From Eledone cirrhosa (lineage: Eukaryota), in assembly GCA_964016885.1 (NCBI GenBank), contig OZ024742.1, positions 307,520,001 to 307,584,000 on the forward strand: 64,000 nt of DNA, read 5' to 3'. The notes beneath the pieces are model-generated. The model was not told the origin of the DNA, made no database searches, and saw nothing but the letters and a program-made list of their open reading frames with translations. The position numbers and the translations under genes were made by a program. Within the stretch, counting starts at the first letter, position 1, and the number at the start of each line of letters is the position of its first letter. Shown here one piece after another: positions 14,279 through 25,930 of this stretch.

Positions 14279-15010
14279 ATAATACATGGTTAGATCACTG
14301 AAGCTACCTTATACCTTCTTAAAGATACATTTTATAATTATTGTCTTTTTGCTTATGTATTTTCTTAGTTACCACTTTCTTTAATCTTGCCCAACTTGAT
14401 AAACTCCTTGAATTGCTCCCTAATTAAATTACTTAAATTGCTTAGATTATTGTATCTATTATGCCTAAGTTGTATCTGTTGAAGCAGCCCTTTGAAAATT
14501 CCTCGGATATCCCAAATACCGTAATTTTTAATTTTTAACTTTTAATGTATAATTTTCCTCAATTCGTTTTTATATTTATCCTTAAAGGCTCTCTAAAATT
14601 TTAATTCTTCGAAGGGTCTCTCTGAAGAAGTTCCTATTGGAAATATTAAAGGGGCCTTTTCTGAGAGATTTATGGAAGGCTCTCTGAATTAACCTCTAAT
14701 TGATTAGTTTCTTTCAACCTAGTTTTCAATTCAGTTTTCTGAATTTTGTAAACGTGATCTCGGGGGAAGAAGGTTTTTTTCTTTCTGAAAAAAATTTTTT
14801 TCTCTAGAAGAAATTTCATAGGAACTTTATATATTTTTTAGGGAAACTTTATATTTTTATTTTCTTATTTTATTAGCCTCTTAATTTTCTTCTAGTCTAA
14901 TAGGTTTATTGGAGCCTGTAAGCTTTATGCACTCATTGAGGAATTTTCTAAGGTGCTTCTACGGGACCCCAAGTCTTTTAGTTTAATGTTGATGCGTAAA
15001 TTATATATTT
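14276..15010 (-). mobile_element. Heavily decayed PLE ORF N-terminal remnant (tentative)
   Basis: Minus-strand fragments ..KHLRKFLNECIK.. and ..NLSNL.REQ.. resemble regions upstream of the PLE DKG motif. Lies between two HHR modules. Confidence 0.3.
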
Positions 15011-15183
15011 TTGTCTAATTTTTAAACTTCAATCCCTGACCTCGACAACTAATATAAAAGAGCCCCCCTTAGAATATTGACCCCAACTATACAAGCGGAG
15101 TTGCTGATGTATACAACAATTTCAAACTGCTAGCCTTGAGTGATACGTTGATGTAAACAATGATCTTGCAATCACATGTTATA

Positions 15184-15230
15184 TGCCTTGATAAGTCCCA
15201 CCATGGGGTCGGACGAAACGGCTGTCGGCA
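15184..15230 (+). ncRNA. Hammerhead ribozyme with mutated core (probably inactive)
   Basis: TGCC-TTGATAA-GTCC-CACCATGGGGTC-GGAC-GAAAC-GGCT-GTC-GGCA then ATAAA. All three stems intact; core CTGATGA changed to TTGATAA. Confidence 0.75.
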
Positions 15231-15274
15231 ATAAACTTGTTATAATGTCATAATAGTTCCTTTGTTCTTTTTCA

Positions 15275-15335
<61 letters not shown>

Positions 15336-15646
15336 AGACTCCTTCTTCCTCCCGTTTGACCTGTGCGAAATTCTTTCCTTGCTCACATTTTGACTAGGTT
15401 TGATGGTCTTTATTCTCTCTCGTCCACGATTTCACAGAACTTATATTCATAGAATTCTGGGACTTGACTCCTTCTTCCTCACTTTTCGTTGCATTACCAT
15501 CTTTGATTGTTTACAGTCTCGCTCGTTTCCCCTTATTTACGTGTACCAACGACTTTCTTTAGCCGTTGCTCGCACCAACCGCACGTATATGGTCTTTAAA
15601 GCGATGAAATACCAATGAAGGTTGGAAGATCACTGATGAAGGACTA

Positions 15647-15877
<231 letters not shown>

Positions 15878-16528
15878 GAATGCATTGAATAAATGAGCTG
15901 ATACATACAAAGACAACCAGATGTATGCACGTAAAGAGTTACATGTTCTTACATCTGATATACGCAGAAATCTGGCTTTATTATCCATGTTTTCATCGAT
16001 CGGTTTTCTTTGTGAAAGACGACAGAAGCATGTTCAAGAACTGTTGCCTTGGTAACCATCTTATAGTCACACGAAATGTTAAAATATATAAAAAAAACAA
16101 CATATATATAATTTGGTCATCTTGTAAGTTCGTCTCTATTCTGTTTGTTAATTATTGTAGTCGTCGTAAATATATGTTTGTTTTTTATCTGTTTTGCAGC
16201 TTCTCTAGGACACTGCCATCGAGGTTTTAACGCAATTATACTGACATCACTATATATTTGCATGTGTTAGTCATTTCACTTACTTAATTGCTGCCGAATT
16301 ATCTGATATGAAGATGCATTTGAATAGCACTGGTACACACATATATGACCTGAGACAAATCACACACACACACGCATGCACACACAAACAAATTTATATA
16401 TACATGTAGAAGTTGTATTTAATTTGTTGGAATTCCGACAAACGTAAATGTTTATAACTATCCAGTGAATTTCAGAGCGATAAGGTTGAATCTTCATGGG
16501 TACGTCTTTATTTATAAAACAAATTTTA

Positions 16529-16593
16529 TATTTTATCTGATGAAAGCGCACCAAGGTTGGCTTGGTTGCCCTTGAAATATATATAATAAAATA
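16529..16593 (+). ncRNA. Type I hammerhead ribozyme in an orphan Hydra-like PLE tail
   Basis: TATTTTAT-CTGATGA-AAGCGCACCAAG-GTTGG-CTTGGTTGCCCTT-GAAA-TATATA-TA-ATAAAATA; perfect 8-bp stem I. The next ~40 nt match the tail after the HHR at 46651. Confidence 0.8.
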
Positions 16594-16642
16594 AATATGG
16601 TTTTATAAATATAGTTTCCATTTATTTAATATCATTGTATAT

Positions 16643-16747
<105 letters not shown>

Positions 16748-16791
16748 TGATATAGACGAGGTGATAATTTTCATTATATTTATTGAGGGTT

Positions 16792-16870
16792 GACGTGCGT
16801 TTCGCGATTGATCAGCTCAAGATTCGATCTGTATCGATCGGGCCCGACTCTGAAATCAAAAGCTCATCAG
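16792..16870 (-). ncRNA. Hammerhead-like motif with long stem II
   Basis: Reverse complement: CTGATGA-GC-TTTTGAT...CGATC-GATACA-GATCG...ATCAA-TC-GC-GAAAC-GCAC-GTC, with AATAAA 7 nt later. Stem I is weak. Confidence 0.6.
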
Positions 16871-16968
16871 ACTTCTGTTTATTACACCAAAATATATACT
16901 GGAGACTATCCATCGAGTAGTGTTCTCTTTGGTGAACCTACAGTAATTTTGCGTTACAATCCCTAAAC

Positions 16969-17048
<80 letters not shown>

Positions 17049-17224
17049 TGTGTGTGGTGTGTGTGTGTGTGTAAAGGACAAAGATGCCACAACTCCTTGT
17101 GGAGTCGTAGAGGCACCGTCAAACGGCCTGTCTAGGGCAATTTAAAACCTGGTGGAGCCCAACCCTGAGCACAGCCGATTTATTTCTATAGAGGAAGTAT
17201 ATATATATATATATATATAAATTT

Positions 17225-17767
17225 AATCTGAGTTTTTCGAATATTAATAATAACAAGCCTCATTTTTAAAGCCATGTCAATAGAATGAACCCTTCATTCT
17301 TGCTCTTGTGTTGGCATGTAAACAGAACTGCAGACACTAATGTTTCTGGGTATCACCCTTCATCAATACAGCTCACTGTTCACCTGCCAAACTGTCAGAG
17401 CTAGTGAAAATATATGCTATTTTCTAAAATATACAGTGACTGATCGGCCTGATTTGCATATTAGTAAACTGGCTGATCAGTCAGATCTGCATATTAGCAG
17501 ATCCACTGATCAGCCAGGTTTGCATATCAGCAGACTGGCTGATCAGTCAGATCTGCATATTAGCAGTTCCACTGATCAGCCAGGTTTGCATATCAGCAGA
17601 CTCGCCTGTCAGTTTCCTGTATACGAGCGATAAATGGCCGATCAGTCACTGTATATTTTAGAAAATAGCATATATTTTCACTAGCTCTGACAGTTGGCAG
17701 GTGAACAGTGAGCTGTATTGATGAAGGGTGATACCCAGAAACATATATATTCGAAAAACTCAGATTA
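17225..17767. repeat. Short fold-back element: ~110-bp inverted arms around ~30/60-bp tandem repeats
   Basis: 17340-17449 is the reverse complement of 17636-17743. Outer TAATCTGAGTTTTTCGAATA pairs with TATTCGAAAAACTCAGATTA. The centre repeats TGCATAT(T/C)AGCAGA..CTGATCAG. Confidence 0.85.
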
Positions 17768-17805
17768 CATTTATTGTATTCAGCCATGTAGAGCAAAAAA
17801 TTTAT

Positions 17806-17836
<31 letters not shown>

Positions 17837-18047
17837 TGTTATATTTGGGGAGGGTCATATTTGCGTAATATTGCCAGAATTAATAACAGAACACACTCAC
17901 TGTTTGGTTGGTTTTCGCTTCTCGCTGTCTTTTATATATATATATCTGCGATCTAACTTACTCGGTCCTCAATGTTGCCATTGACTGACCGGCGGTCAAA
18001 AATAATACAGATACAATATAGACAAACACATATATATATAGTTTACA

Positions 18048-18081
18048 TAAATCTTTCGTTGCACATCTGCAACATCGTCAG
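18048..18081 (-). ncRNA. Hammerhead-like core in PLE 3' UTR
   Basis: Reverse complement: CTGACGA-T-GTTGCA-GATG-TGCAAC-GAAA-GATTTA; 6-bp stem II, weak stem I. Confidence 0.6.
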
Positions 18082-18349
18082 TGGTGTTATATTCATTGTT
18101 CCTCCTGTTGTGTTGTATGTCTACGCCATTTTTTTTGTTCAGTCTGTCTATATATTTATTTATTTATTTGCTTGTTTGTTTATCTTATTTTATTTTGTCT
18201 TCTTTGCGCATGCGTTTGCGTGTGTGTATGTGTGATGTGTGACTAGTGTGTATAGTGTTGTGTCTGCTGGGTGACTAGTGTGTGTTTATGTGCTTGTGTA
18301 TGTATTTATTTATCTTATTTTATTTATTTTATTTAATTTACTTATTTAT

Positions 18350-21300
18350 TTATACTTCTCTTAGGTCAGTGTTGTTTGTTTGGGTGTTGTTGTTGTTCCA
18401 CTCATTCTTTCTGTTTAGCTTTGGTCTTCTAATTTCTATTTCACTGGCCTCTCTGATTTGCCTATCTGCTGGGTCATTCCTATGTTTAGATATTATTCTA
18501 ATTTCTATGTTGTCTATGTTACCGTCATGTTGTTGTCTAGCATGTTCGTATAGTACTGACCCGTTTTTTCGTCCTTTTAGTTCCCCCCCAGTGTTGGTCT
18601 ATCCTTTCACCTATGCTACGAGCTGTCTCACCTATGTATGTTGTTGTCGTGTTTCTGCAAGTACCCTCTGTACATCTTATGCTATAGACTACGTTTCTAG
18701 TTTTACAGTTTATCCGGGGGTTCACCTTACATATGATACATTTCCTATTGGTACAGTGGGTTTTCTTAAAAGGGTAGGTTTTGCTGATCAGGGATTTTAT
18801 GGTGGTTCCTGGCTTTTCTACCACCTTTATTTTTAAGTGGGTCTTTCTCAGGGCCTTTCTACACTGGTTAGCTAATTTCCCTCCAGGGGTGGCGTCCACA
18901 AACATGACACTCTGATATCTCTGGTTGTCGTACCATGATGTGGCCTTCCCTATCTTATGTCTAGCCCTATCTAAGCTATTCCATGATTTGCTCCTGTATA
19001 GTGGGCAAATTCCTTTCATGTCCAGTTCTATGAGGGTCTTATACTTTTCCATGGCTCCTTCGTATACTCTGACTCTGTCTCTTTGGTTGTAGCCAGAGAA
19101 CTGCATGCGGTTGATGAAGTGTTGGATGTGTCCTTCCATTTCTGTTGGGTCGCACATGCTGGACACATTCTTCATCACTCGTACCAAATCTGCGATCAGA
19201 ATATTAAACTTAGCACTACTGGACATTGCTGAGTTTTTGAGTATCAGGTATTTGGAGGCCATGGGTTTAGCATAGTGTGAGTGGAGAATTTGGGCTCTCT
19301 CGTCTATAGTGTTAATCCAGAGTTCTGTGTCTAATACAGGTAGTCTATTGTTAGGGTGTTTGGAAGGGAAGTCTATAGTTACAGTTATACTCTGGTGTAT
19401 GGAATTAGCTATCTGCTGGATGCTTTCCATCGTGCTACGTTCTAAATCAAACTTGTTAGTGCTCTCTAGTGGGGGTGTTCTTATAACTATATTGATATCG
19501 TCTACATAACGAGAGTACATGATGAGGTCTATGGAGCTTTCATTAAGGAGATCTTTAAGTCTCCTTTCCCACCATACCATGAAAAGGTTGGCAACATCGC
19601 CAGCTATGCTGACGCCGATGGCTGCTCCCTCATTTTGGGTGTAGATTTTCTCATTGAACTTAAATATGTGGCCCTTTAGGGTAGTTTTGATACTAGCCCC
19701 TATTGCATGTGCGACCATTTTTCTTACCTGATCAGTGTTTTGGGGGGTCCGTATAGCTTTGGTCCACCCAATCCACCTTCCTATGGGAGTCTTTTTAGCC
19801 ATTGAGGTTATGGTGGGGGGTCTACCTCTTATAGGTCTACTCGGGCAGAGACATCTAAGGTCATGGCTGTCTAGGTAGTCAGTGTCGTAGGTAAGTCTAA
19901 GTAGGAGGCCCAGTTCGTCTGTGTCGACGTCGCAGAACTCCACCTCACTCTCAATGATCATCTCCACACATCTTTTCACAGCAAAATCAATGTTAATGGA
20001 TGGGTACAGTGACACCACATCCATGCTGCCTATTATGCAGTTGGATAGGCTCCTGTTTTTGTTGCACTCACTGATTCTGCTGAGGAGGTCCTCTGTACTT
20101 TCACATACATCTGGGGACATCTTGATTATGGGGCGTATAACCATTGAGAGGAAGTAGGAGATCCTGTAGTTGCTAGCTATATTAGCTCCGCATACAGGTC
20201 TTGTTGGTGGTCCTGTTGTCGGGTCGTCGACTGTCTTGTGGTCTTTGCGGAGCCCATACAAGGGTGGTATGCCATTGTTAGACGCCTGGAAGTTGTTGGC
20301 AGTGCGTCTGCTTGGCTTTAGGATGTCAGTCCACATCATCATGTGAGCGTTGAGGATTTTTTCTCTCCCATCGTGTGTTAGTTGTGCAACTTCGCTCGTG
20401 TTGGTGATGTGGGGTTGCATTGCCTCGATGTAGTTCGGCATGCTATCTATTGACATCCTACCAGACTTATCTGTGGGTAGACACACTACCTCACCATCCC
20501 TTGTGCGCTGCTTGAGGCTAACCAAGCCTTCTACAGGTTTTATCCCAAGTTGTTGGGCCTCTGGTCTGCTCTGTCTCATAGTGTACCTGTCTACTACTTG
20601 TCTAATCTTATTTCTAGCTATGGTGAACTGTGCCTCCGTCTCGTCATCTATTTGTTGTGGTATGCAAACTCTTTTATTAAAGGGTAACCTCGTAGGATAG
20701 ATATTACCCATCTTATATGTTTTGTCAGCTGGGTTGAAAAATAGTTTCTCTAAGGGGTTGTCGTTATTTCTATCGTCATAGTTGTGTGTGTTGCTATTAT
20801 TATTATCATGGTGGTTGTTGTTGTTTCTATCATTAGCATTAATATTATTATTGTTATGATTGCTAGATGTATTGTTGTTTACTTCACCGTTATTGTTGTT
20901 GTTGTTACTGCTATTTCTACCATTGTGGTTGTTACTATTATTATGTTTCTTGTTTTTGTTGATGTTGCTACATGTACTATTTCCATTATTACCACTGTGG
21001 TTATTGTTGTTGTTGTTGTTCGTATTGTTACCGTTATTACTGCTGTGGTCACTGTTGCTGTGTCTGTGGTTAACGTTTCTATTATTATTATTATTGTGGT
21101 TGTTGTTGTTCTGTCTATCGCTAGTATTATTACCATTATCACTATTTCTCACTTTCCTGCCATTGTTATGGTTATGGCTGTTATTTCTATACCCAGAGTT
21201 ATTGTTTATATTACTACTACCGTTATTATTGTTGTTGTTGTTTACCTTTGCATTCCAACGTATTTTTGTGAAACACTTTTCCAGCTCCGTTTTGCATTCC

Positions 21301-21590
21301 ATAGGGTTTATCTTTTTGTAGATGGCAAATTTTGGTGGTAACTTTAGGATTTGTTGTTCTTGTTCACTGATTAAAGTGTTCCCATAGATATTTACTGTGT
21401 GGTCATTGGTAAATTCTTCCGGTAGTTTTACATCACTCATACGGATGTTGTCGATGTTATCTGGGTATTTTTGAGAATATTCGATTTTCCTTTCTTGTAG
21501 TTTTTTCTTATTCATCCATTCTAATTTCTTCTTGAAATGCCTACAGCATTCGTTTTGAGCATATTTCGTTTCGCGTCGGATGACGCTCAT
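18350..21590 (-). CDS. PLE reverse transcriptase/GIY-YIG endonuclease polyprotein (one +1 frameshift at the C7 run, 18583-18589)
   Basis: PTDKSG, LYGLRKDHK, RPVC, SMDVVSLYPSI, GAAIG, SRYVDD, VLD; linker CTNRKCIIC; VVYSIRC..C..YIGET.R...R..QH. The shifted frame continues SVLYEH...RQIREA...PKLNRKNEW to TAA at 18350. The frame is also open upstream of the ATG, up to the inversion junction. Confidence 0.92.
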
Positions 21591-22074
21591 GAAGTCATCT
21601 CTCTCGTTTGCTGTGATGAGATTTCGGATTTCCTTACCGTTGATGCGTTTTTGTCTGAATAATATCTAAACATAGGAATGACCCAGCAGATAGGCAAATC
21701 AGAGAGGCCAGTGAAATAGAAATTAGAAGACCAAAGCTAAACAGAAAGAATGAGTGGAACAACAACAACACCCAAACAAACAACACTGACCTAAGAGAAG
21801 TATAAATAAATAAGTAAATTAAATAAAATAAATAAAATAAGATAAATAAATACATACACAAGCACATAAACACACACTAGTCACCCAGCAGACACAACAC
21901 TATACACACTAGTCACACATCACACATACACACACGCAAACGCATGCGCAAAGAAGACAAAATAAAATAAGATAAACAAACAAGCAAATAAATAAATAAA
22001 TATATAGACAGACTGAACAAAAAAAAATGGCGTAGACATACAACACAACAGGAGGAACAATGAATATAACACCA

Positions 22075-22108
22075 CTGACGATGTTGCAGATGTGCAACGA
22101 AAGATTTA
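22075..22108 (+). ncRNA. Hammerhead-like core in the inverted PLE tail copy
   Basis: CTGACGATGTTGCAGATGTGCAACGAAAGATTTA, mirror of 18048-18081. Confidence 0.6.
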
Positions 22109-22363
22109 TGTAAACTATATATATATGTGTTTGTCTATATTGTATCTGTATTATTTTTGACCGCCGGTCAGTCAATGGCAACATTGAGGACCGAGTAAGT
22201 TAGATCGCAGATATATATATATAAAAGACAGCGAGAAGCGAAAACCAACCAAACAGTGAGTGTGTTCTGTTATTAATTCTGGCAATATTACGCAAATATG
22301 ACCCTCCCCAAATATAACAATATCTGTTTCGACACACGATTTCATATAAAAAACCTCGCAAAA

Positions 22364-22427
<64 letters not shown>

Positions 22428-23475
22428 TGAATATGATTCTACGGATGGAAACAGTTTCTGATTAATTTTGAAAATACCCTTACTTAACCTATCAATTTCG
22501 ATGTCACTTTATTTGTACATTTCTAATTTGCTGTACTCTTCTTTTTTGAAACCCAATGAATCCTTGAATGACGTTCTTAACATTTCGATACTCATTAAGA
22601 GAATTATTTGTCATCTATTTAAAAAAAAACTTTCAGGATATCTCTAACATTTCCAAAAATAACCAAATTTTGAATTAGACCGAAACTTATAATAAATTAT
22701 ATCCTCATAAATATATTTTATACTGATAAAACACCAGAAAAGATTGAATCACACACGCACGCGCGCGCGCACGCACACACACACATTTATAGCTCTCTCT
22801 CTCTATATAAATACAAATACATATATATATATATATATGGATAGTTATGTTTGGGAGTGTATGTGAGCATGCACTGTTGTAGATGTCGTCTCTGTGAGAG
22901 AACTATCACCACGTGACATTTATTACAATAAATGACTCATAATCTCACATCTTCAGAATTAAATTAGTTTAATCATAATCATCATTATTCAGGTTCTTAC
23001 ACCAGTAATATTACTTAGTAAATATATTTAGTATATTCATTTATGAATAAATCAATACTTACAATGAACATTGTACATCATATGGGAAGAATACCCATTT
23101 CCTTTCGCGTGCTTTCTGAGTGAATAAAAAATATTTTAAATATTCATTGACTAATTTTGATACTTTTCCCCAGCTTATTTTTACTTTACTTTACCTTTTT
23201 ATGTAGCGTGCATTAATATCATGATTAATTATTTAATTAACGTAAATTACATTCATCACATATATAAAGTTAGTGAAGAATATACTAAAACAAAAATTAA
23301 TTTCATTTCGATAAAAGTCATCTCTAATGACTCATTTTTATTAGATTTTTTTTCCCTGAACGCGTATATGTGTAAGCAATATTTGTGTTGCTTTGAATTG
23401 AGTTAAAACATATGGACATTCAATACAATAGAGAGAGAAAGAAACAAAAACATAGATAGATAGATAGAGAGAGCG

Positions 23476-23574
<99 letters not shown>

Positions 23575-24732
23575 AAGAGAGGGAAATTGAGAATTATAAA
23601 TGAAATACAAATTATCATAACCTATTTAAATAAATTCCTAAGGGTTGAATATGGTTTTAAATTATCATTGAAAATTTAGTTTGTTCCGAGTTTTCTTTTC
23701 AAGTTTATTTCCATCGATTCAATTTAGTGTTTCTTTAGCTTCAGTACATCAGAGAGAAGAAACAACACAATTACAACCGAGAGAAATAGTGCAATATTTA
23801 TAACACCAATGGTTAACGAATTCCGTTTTTATTAACTTCGTATGGATTAAATATGAAGCCGCTATACATGATACCCTCAACAACAGTTGCCTTTAAGATT
23901 AGTAATCATTCGGGTGTAATTGTGTAGCTGGTCGAAAAAAGGAATACTTAGTAAACACCAGAAAGGAAATATAAGCTACCCGCCAGTGAAGGGGCGTGGA
24001 GTATATATTCAATGAACATCATTAGAAGTTTTCTCACATACACTGGAATGCAAAACAGCGCATTTGGTGTGTATCTACATGAATCTGTCGGGGTCAAACC
24101 AGACAATACAAAGATATTTACTTCCCATATCTGAACATGCCTGGACACCAGCTTTCAGAATTGATAGCTGTATGATTTTATTCAGTGCTAGGAATCTTGA
24201 CATTTTTCTTGCCTGTACGCTATGAAACAATCTACTGTTTACATTAAGACAAGATATGGGTAGCAACTAGTCAATTAATGATGCCTTTCCCTCTATAGGC
24301 GCTTCCTTGTCCTCTGACACTCAATATATTGCGGTGCCTTTTTTCTACGCTCGCTGCAATACAATTACCAACATGTTGAGATCATCAAGACTGTGTGATG
24401 CCAATGTGGACAGTCACATTTTTTTCACGAACATCTCGTTATCCTTGACGAACTGTCGAGCTAGACCTCAAACGAGGTTTGAAGGGGCATGGTGTAAGGT
24501 TATGTATTAGATTGAATGCATATGCATTGTGTAAAAGGATCTCAATTTTATCCTCAGTTATATTGAATGGATCTGCCCTAATATTGTTCAAACGTTTCTT
24601 CCTTTACAAGTCTGGGTAAACCACGAGTCTTTTGCTTACACTTTTCTACCACCTGTTCTACGATTTTCATCTACATATATCTCTTTTTTTTACCTCAACA
24701 TTAAGGCTACCTTGACATCCTTTGAGGATATA

Positions 24733-24823
<91 letters not shown>

Positions 24824-24826
<3 letters not shown>

Positions 24827-25382
24827 TGTTATACTTGGGGAGGGTCATATTGTTGTAATAATATTGCTAGAATTAATAACAGAACACACTCACTGTTTGG
24901 ATGTTTTTCGCTTCTGTATCTTTTATATCAGTTAATTTATTCGGTCCTCAATGTTTACCATTAGTCAATGGTAAACCAACGGTAAAAAATACAGATATAA
25001 TATAGACACAAACACATATATATAGTCTAACAAAGTTCCTTCGTTGCACATCTGCAACATCGTCAGTGGTGCTATTATGTTTCCTGCTGTTGTATTGTAT
25101 GTCTACGCCATCTTTATTTAATCTGTTTATTTATTTATTTATTTATTTATTTATTTTTGTCTTCTTCCCTGCACATGCGTTTGCGTGTGTATATAGTGTT
25201 TTATGTGTATTCGCCTTTGGGTGACTGTGTTTTGGTTATTGTATTCTATCTTAGTTTACTAGTGTGTGTTTATGTGTTTGTTGTTATTGTGCTTGTGTAT
25301 ATATTTATTTATTTATATTTCTCTTAGGTCAGTATTGTTTGTTTGGGTATTGTTATTATTCCATTCATTTTTTCTGTTTAGC
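24824..25382 (-). mobile_element. Diverged solo 3' tail of the Neptune-like PLE family
   Basis: Colinear with 17833-18420 with many substitutions and indels, yet TTCGTTGCACATCTGCAACATCGTCAGTGGTG is unchanged. Confidence 0.85.
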
Positions 25383-25394
25383 TTATATATATAT

Positions 25395-25930
25395 ATATAC
25401 GTCTGTATACATATATGTATGTACGTATACATACTTATATTTAAGTAACAGCCGTACTAAGAGTGAGAAATGAAATTTCGTTTCATTCTTTTCCATTTAT
25501 CGTTTTCGGTACGCCCGGCCGACTAACTCTCGATATGCAAATTAGACTGCTCAGCCGTTAATATGCATAAGGAAAGTATATACTTTCAAACGTTCAATCA
25601 TCTGACAGGAAGGTATACGATTCTGACGATAGCTAATAAGCTTGAAACTAGTACATCGTTCCTGTGTCAGTGTTGAACAAAAGGGCGACGATGATTGCCT
25701 GAACACTGTACGGCGTAATTCGTGCTGTTTGTTTACAAATAAACCGAAGATTATAATAAATCTTCGGTAAACCCATACATACATATATATATGTGTGCAT
25801 GTATGTATATATATACATACTACTGTACGTCTGTATACATATATGTATGTACGTATACATACTTACATTTAAGTATCAGCCGTACTAAGAGTGAGAAATG
25901 AAATTTCGTTTCATTCTTTTCCATTTATAT
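25395..25930 (+). mobile_element. Short non-coding HHR element with duplicated 3' tail (pLTR-like)
   Basis: ~105-bp direct repeats 25398-25500 and 25826-25928; internal HHR; (TA)n flanks; homolog in the opposite orientation at 48015-48280. Confidence 0.7.
25617..25659 (+). ncRNA. Minimal type I hammerhead ribozyme
   Basis: ACGAT-T-CTGACGA-T-AGCT-AATA-AGCT-T-GAAAC-TA-GTA-C-ATCGT; palindromic ACTAGT stem III; 5-bp stem I after one mismatch. Confidence 0.7.

Larger units (their letters stand above)
17833..22366 (-). mobile_element. Penelope-like retroelement (Neptune-like), 5'-truncated, with inverted copy of its 3' end
   Basis: RT + GIY-YIG ORF flanked by ~667-bp inverted repeats 17833-18498 and 21657-22323; both ends abut (TA)n. 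Confidence 0.92.

Noticed and set aside
20784-21341. Hydrophobic Leu/Val-rich plus-strand ORFs
   Set aside because: Antisense shadows of the Asn-rich tract of the PLE ORF.
23950-24720. Possible decayed transposon coding fragment
   Set aside because: No motif I can identify with confidence.
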